From contig CAVYYZ010000018.1 of the NCBI GenBank assembly GCA_963772835.1, positions 7,852 through 31,851 of the forward strand: DNA of 24,000 nt. The letters are read 5' to 3'. This document shows, piece after piece, positions 23,971 to 24,000 of this stretch (the stretch's first letter is position 1; each line of letters begins with the position of its first letter). A program made the translations under genes and the position numbers. Origin of the DNA: an uncultured delta proteobacterium (GTDB lineage: Bacteria; Desulfobacterota; Desulfuromonadia; Geobacterales; Pseudopelobacteraceae). The notes beneath the pieces are model-generated. The model ran no database searches, had not been told where the DNA came from, and worked only from the letters and a program-made list of their open reading frames with translations.

Positions 23971-24000
23971 CCTTCCGTATTACCATTCTCTGTGAAAACT

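Noticed and set aside
1-24000. Scan for CRISPR arrays, IS or transposase ends, integrases, tRNA or rRNA genes and long direct repeats.
   Set aside because: By eye I found none of these: no spaced repeat arrays, transposase- or integrase-like ORFs, cloverleaf-compatible segments or long repeats. A proper tRNA or repeat search was not possible here.

Overview
The window is almost entirely coding and reads as a metal(loid), thiol and redox neighbourhood from an anaerobe. A Desulfuromonadales/Geobacter-like host is my inference from gene content only. No rRNA, tRNA, CRISPR array, IS element or phage gene was seen.

Layout, left to right:
- 1-2891 (+): envelope genes. These are a PD40/TolB-like fragment, a small OM beta-barrel, a degenerate LytM lipoprotein and a DUF2845 protein.
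- 2972-13227 (-): one long co-directional block, listed here left to right.
  - AEC transporter.
  - Secreted CxC protein.
  - Heme-c/TM/b5-like fusion protein.
  - RIC di-iron repair protein.
  - CcdA, periplasmic thioredoxin, Thioredoxin_3 protein, full CDF, TMD-only CDF-like protein, ArsP-like permease and ArsR-like regulator.
  - acr3, arsC and arsR.
- 13368-15297 (+): a Cys-rich MarR regulator translationally coupled to the mercury-methylation pair hgcA-hgcB. This unit is divergent from arsR.
- 15443-17273 (+): a HAMP-GGDEF protein with a GGDDF motif, plus a lipoprotein.
- 17437-23970 (+): a TolC-MFP-RND efflux operon, followed by a C_GCAxxG_C_C protein, micro-ORFs and a DUF2892 protein.

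Most notable observation: the hgcA reading frame is continuous from a well-placed SD+ATG at 13826, which overlaps the marR stop. It is interrupted by a single in-frame TGA at 13952-13954, directly after a Cys codon. No start codon lies between that TGA and the conserved HgcA N-terminal segment. A GC-rich hairpin 11 nt downstream places a GGU loop at +22 to +24 from the UGA, the geometry of the E. coli fdhF SECIS. This suggests a selenocysteine-containing HgcA (PPC-U-GPP). The call is a hypothesis and needs checks outside this window.
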